This document shows, piece by piece, positions 43,981 through 46,301 of a stretch of DNA of 46,301 nucleotides. The notes under the pieces are model-generated. The model did not search any database. It worked only from the letters and a program-made list of their open reading frames with translations, and was not told the DNA's origin. The translations under genes were made by a program, and so were the position numbers. Origin of the DNA: Deltaproteobacteria bacterium (GTDB taxonomy: Bacteria; Desulfobacterota; GWC2-55-46); NCBI GenBank assembly GCA_038043305.1, contig JBBTCG010000024.1, positions 1 to 46,301 on the forward strand, given 5' to 3'. The stretch's first letter is position 1. Each line of letters begins with the position of its first letter.

Positions 43981-45135
43981 GTGTTGCGTGAAAAGATTCA
44001 ACCCCCTAAATCCCCCTTATCAGGGGGACTTTTACGGTCACGGTCACGGACAACGGTCACGGCCTTTATCTTTCTTGCCGTGTCTCTCCTCTTATCCGGC
44101 TGCGCCTCGGTTTCGCCGTCAAGACGCGGCGCTTCCGAGGGTATAAAAGTGCTTGTCCTCAGGGACTCAAAGGCCCTTGAAATAAAAGGCAGGGGAGAGG
44201 CGTTTGGTATCGTCTTGTCCGGCAACGGAGAGGCTTTTGTTAACGGCGTTGAAAGGTCTCTGCCGATAACGTTTTCGCCAAAGGGCGAATTTTTGTACCT
44301 GAACAACGCCCCGTATCGCGGCACGCTTATAGTCATGCGCGGAAAGAAAGGGCTTGCCGTTATTAACGACGTGCCGCTTGAGGCGTATGTGGCCGGCATC
44401 ATCAATAACGAGATATCATCCAAGTGGCACAAGGACGTAGTAAAGGCGCAGGCGGTCATAGCAAGGACTTACGCGCTTCATCAGAAGAAAAAACGCTTAT
44501 CAGAGCCGTATCACGTCGAGGCTACGGTCATGGGTCAGGTCTATAACGGCGCATCGGCTGAGGACGCGGCCTCGTTCGAGGCGGTGCGCTCAACCGACGG
44601 GGAGATGCTGTTCTACGACGGCGCTCCGGCATTGACCGTGTACCACGGGAACGCCGGAGGCATGACCGATTCGTCAAAGGAGATATGGCGCTCCCATCAC
44701 CCGTATCTCGTATCGGTCCCCAGCGAATACGACTCAAAGGACGGGAAGTTTAACTGGGAGTTGGAGATAACCGGAGCCGCGCTTGGGGGAAGCCTCGGAA
44801 GGGCCGGGTACTCCATAGGCGAGGTCGAGTCAATAACCGTGGATACGAAAACAACGGCGGGAAGGGCAAAGACCATTGTCATTGAGGACGCTTCAGGCGG
44901 CTCCATCCGTCTGAGCGCCGAGGATTTGAGAAAGGCGCTTGGATACGCCGTGGTAAAAAGCGCCATGTTCGAGGTCTCGGTCTCTGATGGCTTGTTCGTC
45001 TTCAAGGGTAAGGGAGCAGGCCACGGGGTAGGGCTTTCGCAGTGGGGGGCAAAGGGCATGGCCGAGGCCGGATACTCATACAAGGAAATATTGAACCACT
45101 ACTACCCGGGCGCTGAACTCGTCAGTGCCTATTAA
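43981..45135 (+). CDS. SpoIID/LytB-domain protein (lytic transglycosylase / amidase enhancer family), probable lipoprotein
   Basis: VVKAQAVIARTYAL, TVYHGNAGGMTDSS and GHGVGLSQWGAKGMAEAG. The lipobox-like LLLSGC follows a basic n-region. The only in-frame starts before the signal peptide are GTG at 43981 and TTG at 43984, so the first ~28 codons read through the repeat element. Confidence 0.8.
   Translation: MLREKIQPPKSPLSGGLLRSRSRTTVTAFIFLAVSLLLSGCASVSPSRRGASEGIKVLVLRDSKALEIKGRGEAFGIVLSGNGEAFVNGVERSLPITFSPKGEFLYLNNAPYRGTLIVMRGKKGLAVINDVPLEAYVAGIINNEISSKWHKDVVKAQAVIARTYALHQKKKRLSEPYHVEATVMGQVYNGASAEDAASFEAVRSTDGEMLFYDGAPALTVYHGNAGGMTDSSKEIWRSHHPYLVSVPSEYDSKDGKFNWELEITGAALGGSLGRAGYSIGEVESITVDTKTTAGRAKTIVIEDASGGSIRLSAEDLRKALGYAVVKSAMFEVSVSDGLFVFKGKGAGHGVGLSQWGAKGMAEAGYSYKEILNHYYPGAELVSAY
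43995..44067 (+). repeat. Composite repeat (GATTCAACCCCCTAAATCCCCCTTATCAGGGGGACTT module plus reverse family-H array), copy 2
   Basis: GATTCAACCCCCTAAATCCCCCTTATCAGGGGGACTTTTACGGTCACGGTCACGGACAACGGTCACGGCCTTT. It has the same modules, order and orientation as 724-799. It lies inside the only open N-terminal region of the SpoIID-like ORF. Confidence 0.85.
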
Positions 45136-45154
45136 CGTGTTGCCCTCCAATGTC

Positions 45155-46180
45155 ATGAACGTCAATGAGTTCGACTACAGCCTTCCTGAAGACCTTATTG
45201 CCAAGAGGCCGTGTGAAAACAGGGAACAATCAAGGTTGATGCTGCTTGATAGGCTTACCAAGGACGTGCGCCACGGCCGGTTTACGAACCTGCCGGACTA
45301 TCTCAGGGCAGGAGACCTTCTGGTGCTCAACGACACCCGCGTGATGCCCGCAAGGCTCTTTGGCAGGAAAAAGACCGGCGGCAGGGTAGATGTACTTATT
45401 ATGAAGACGCCGGGCATCTCCGCGTGGCGATGCATGATTAAAAATTCCAAGGGCATGAAGCCGGGTTCGGTCATTATCCTTGACAACGGCGTTGAGTTGG
45501 AATTGCTTGGTGAGCCTGTGAACGAGCTATGGCCGTGCGGGTTCTCAAGCGCGCTTATGGGTGAGGCGGTTGAGGAGATGCTTGAACAAAGCGGAGTAGT
45601 GCCGCTTCCGCCGTATATCGGGAGAGAGGCTGATTCCAATGACATCGAGCGGTACCAGACCGTGTTTGCGCAACGGCGCGGGGCAATTGCCGCGCCGACC
45701 GCAGGGTTGCACTTCACAGATGAATTACTTGCAACGCTAAGGGAAAAAGGCGTTGACGCGCGCTTCCTTACGCTTCATATCGGGCCCGGAACCTTCATGC
45801 CGATAAGGGTTTCCAATCCGCGCGACCACAAAATGCCTGAGGAGGAGTACGAGATATCGTCATCTGTTCTCGAAGCCGTTTGCGACGCAAAGAAGGAAGG
45901 CAGGCGTGTAATCGCCGTGGGCACGACCACGACAAGGGCGCTTGAGACCGTTTTCCTCACGGGCTCCCAGCTTTGCGGCTCGACCGGGCTGTTCATCTAT
46001 CCGGGCTTCAAGTTTCAGGCGGTGGACGGCCTTATCACCAACTTCCACCTGCCATGCTCAACCCTTTTGATGCTCGTATGCGCCTTTGCCGGACAGGACA
46101 ACGTAATGGCCGCTTACGCCGAAGCAATCAGACAAAGATACAGATTTTTCAGCTATGGCGACGCGATGCTGATATTATGA
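45155..46180 (+). CDS. queA: S-adenosylmethionine:tRNA ribosyltransferase-isomerase
   Basis: MNVNEFDYSLPEDLIAKRP, LLVLNDTRVMPARLFG, VPLPPYI, TAGLHFT, AVGTTTTRALE and FFSYGDAMLI. I prefer the ATG at 45155 over the GTG at 45125, which overlaps the SpoIID gene. Confidence 0.93.
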   Translation: MNVNEFDYSLPEDLIAKRPCENREQSRLMLLDRLTKDVRHGRFTNLPDYLRAGDLLVLNDTRVMPARLFGRKKTGGRVDVLIMKTPGISAWRCMIKNSKGMKPGSVIILDNGVELELLGEPVNELWPCGFSSALMGEAVEEMLEQSGVVPLPPYIGREADSNDIERYQTVFAQRRGAIAAPTAGLHFTDELLATLREKGVDARFLTLHIGPGTFMPIRVSNPRDHKMPEEEYEISSSVLEAVCDAKKEGRRVIAVGTTTTRALETVFLTGSQLCGSTGLFIYPGFKFQAVDGLITNFHLPCSTLLMLVCAFAGQDNVMAAYAEAIRQRYRFFSYGDAMLIL

Positions 46181-46222
46181 CTTACCTTTCTTGAAAGAAA
46201 GGTAAGCCCAAAGAACTTTAAT
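46181..46222 (-). repeat. Flank-plus-hairpin repeat (family T), copy 2, inverted orientation
   Basis: A perfect 12-bp stem, CTTACCTTTCTT-GA-AAGAAAGGTAAG, starts 1 nt after the queA TGA. It is followed by CCCAAAGAACTTTAAT. The reverse complement ATTAAAGTTCTTTGGG+hairpin parallels 37786-37827. Confidence 0.75.
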
Positions 46223-46301
46223 AGGGAATAAGCAGCAGGGCAGATAAAAACTTATATTGCCCGCGCGGCAAGCGCCCTTTTTTGAAAAAAAGGTGGGCCA
46301 A

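Overview
This is a 46.3-kb chromosomal window from a moderately GC-rich bacterium; I cannot assign a taxon from sequence alone. The left ~11 kb is mosaic. It holds radC, a PAS sensor histidine kinase, a 148-bp MITE-like element and a secreted CxxCH protein. On the minus strand, gyrB is followed 9 nt later by a tightly coupled three-gene module: an ORC/Cdc6-like P-loop ATPase, a NYN RNase with a cold-shock-like domain, and a 57-aa CPxC zinc ribbon that falls below the ORF-track length cutoff. Next come tRNA-His, tRNA-Arg, a low-GC islet (FRG-domain protein plus a HEPN/MNT pair) and tRNA-Pro. The right ~35 kb is an unbroken plus-strand run. It starts with a tetrapyrrole cluster (sirC-like, ccsA/hemX-like, hemA, hemC, cobA-hemD fusion, hemB, NirJ/Ahb-like radical SAM) and an RDD protein. 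A complete 16-gene dcw cluster (mraZ to ftsZ) follows, with a near-consensus promoter and three 10-bp MraZ-box-like repeats. It ends with two paralogous radical SAM genes (the second fused to a DUF2344-like domain), RNase G, a DUF2065-like peptide, a SpoIID-like protein and queA. Intergenic DNA is saturated with at least four short repeat families. Several copies reach into coding sequence, supplying stop codons, a C-terminal tail and an N-terminal region. The best candidate for an undescribed system is the gyrB-appended ATPase/NYN-CSD/zinc-ribbon triad, followed by the tRNA-flanked FRG islet. All family calls rest on motifs read by eye; no searches were run.
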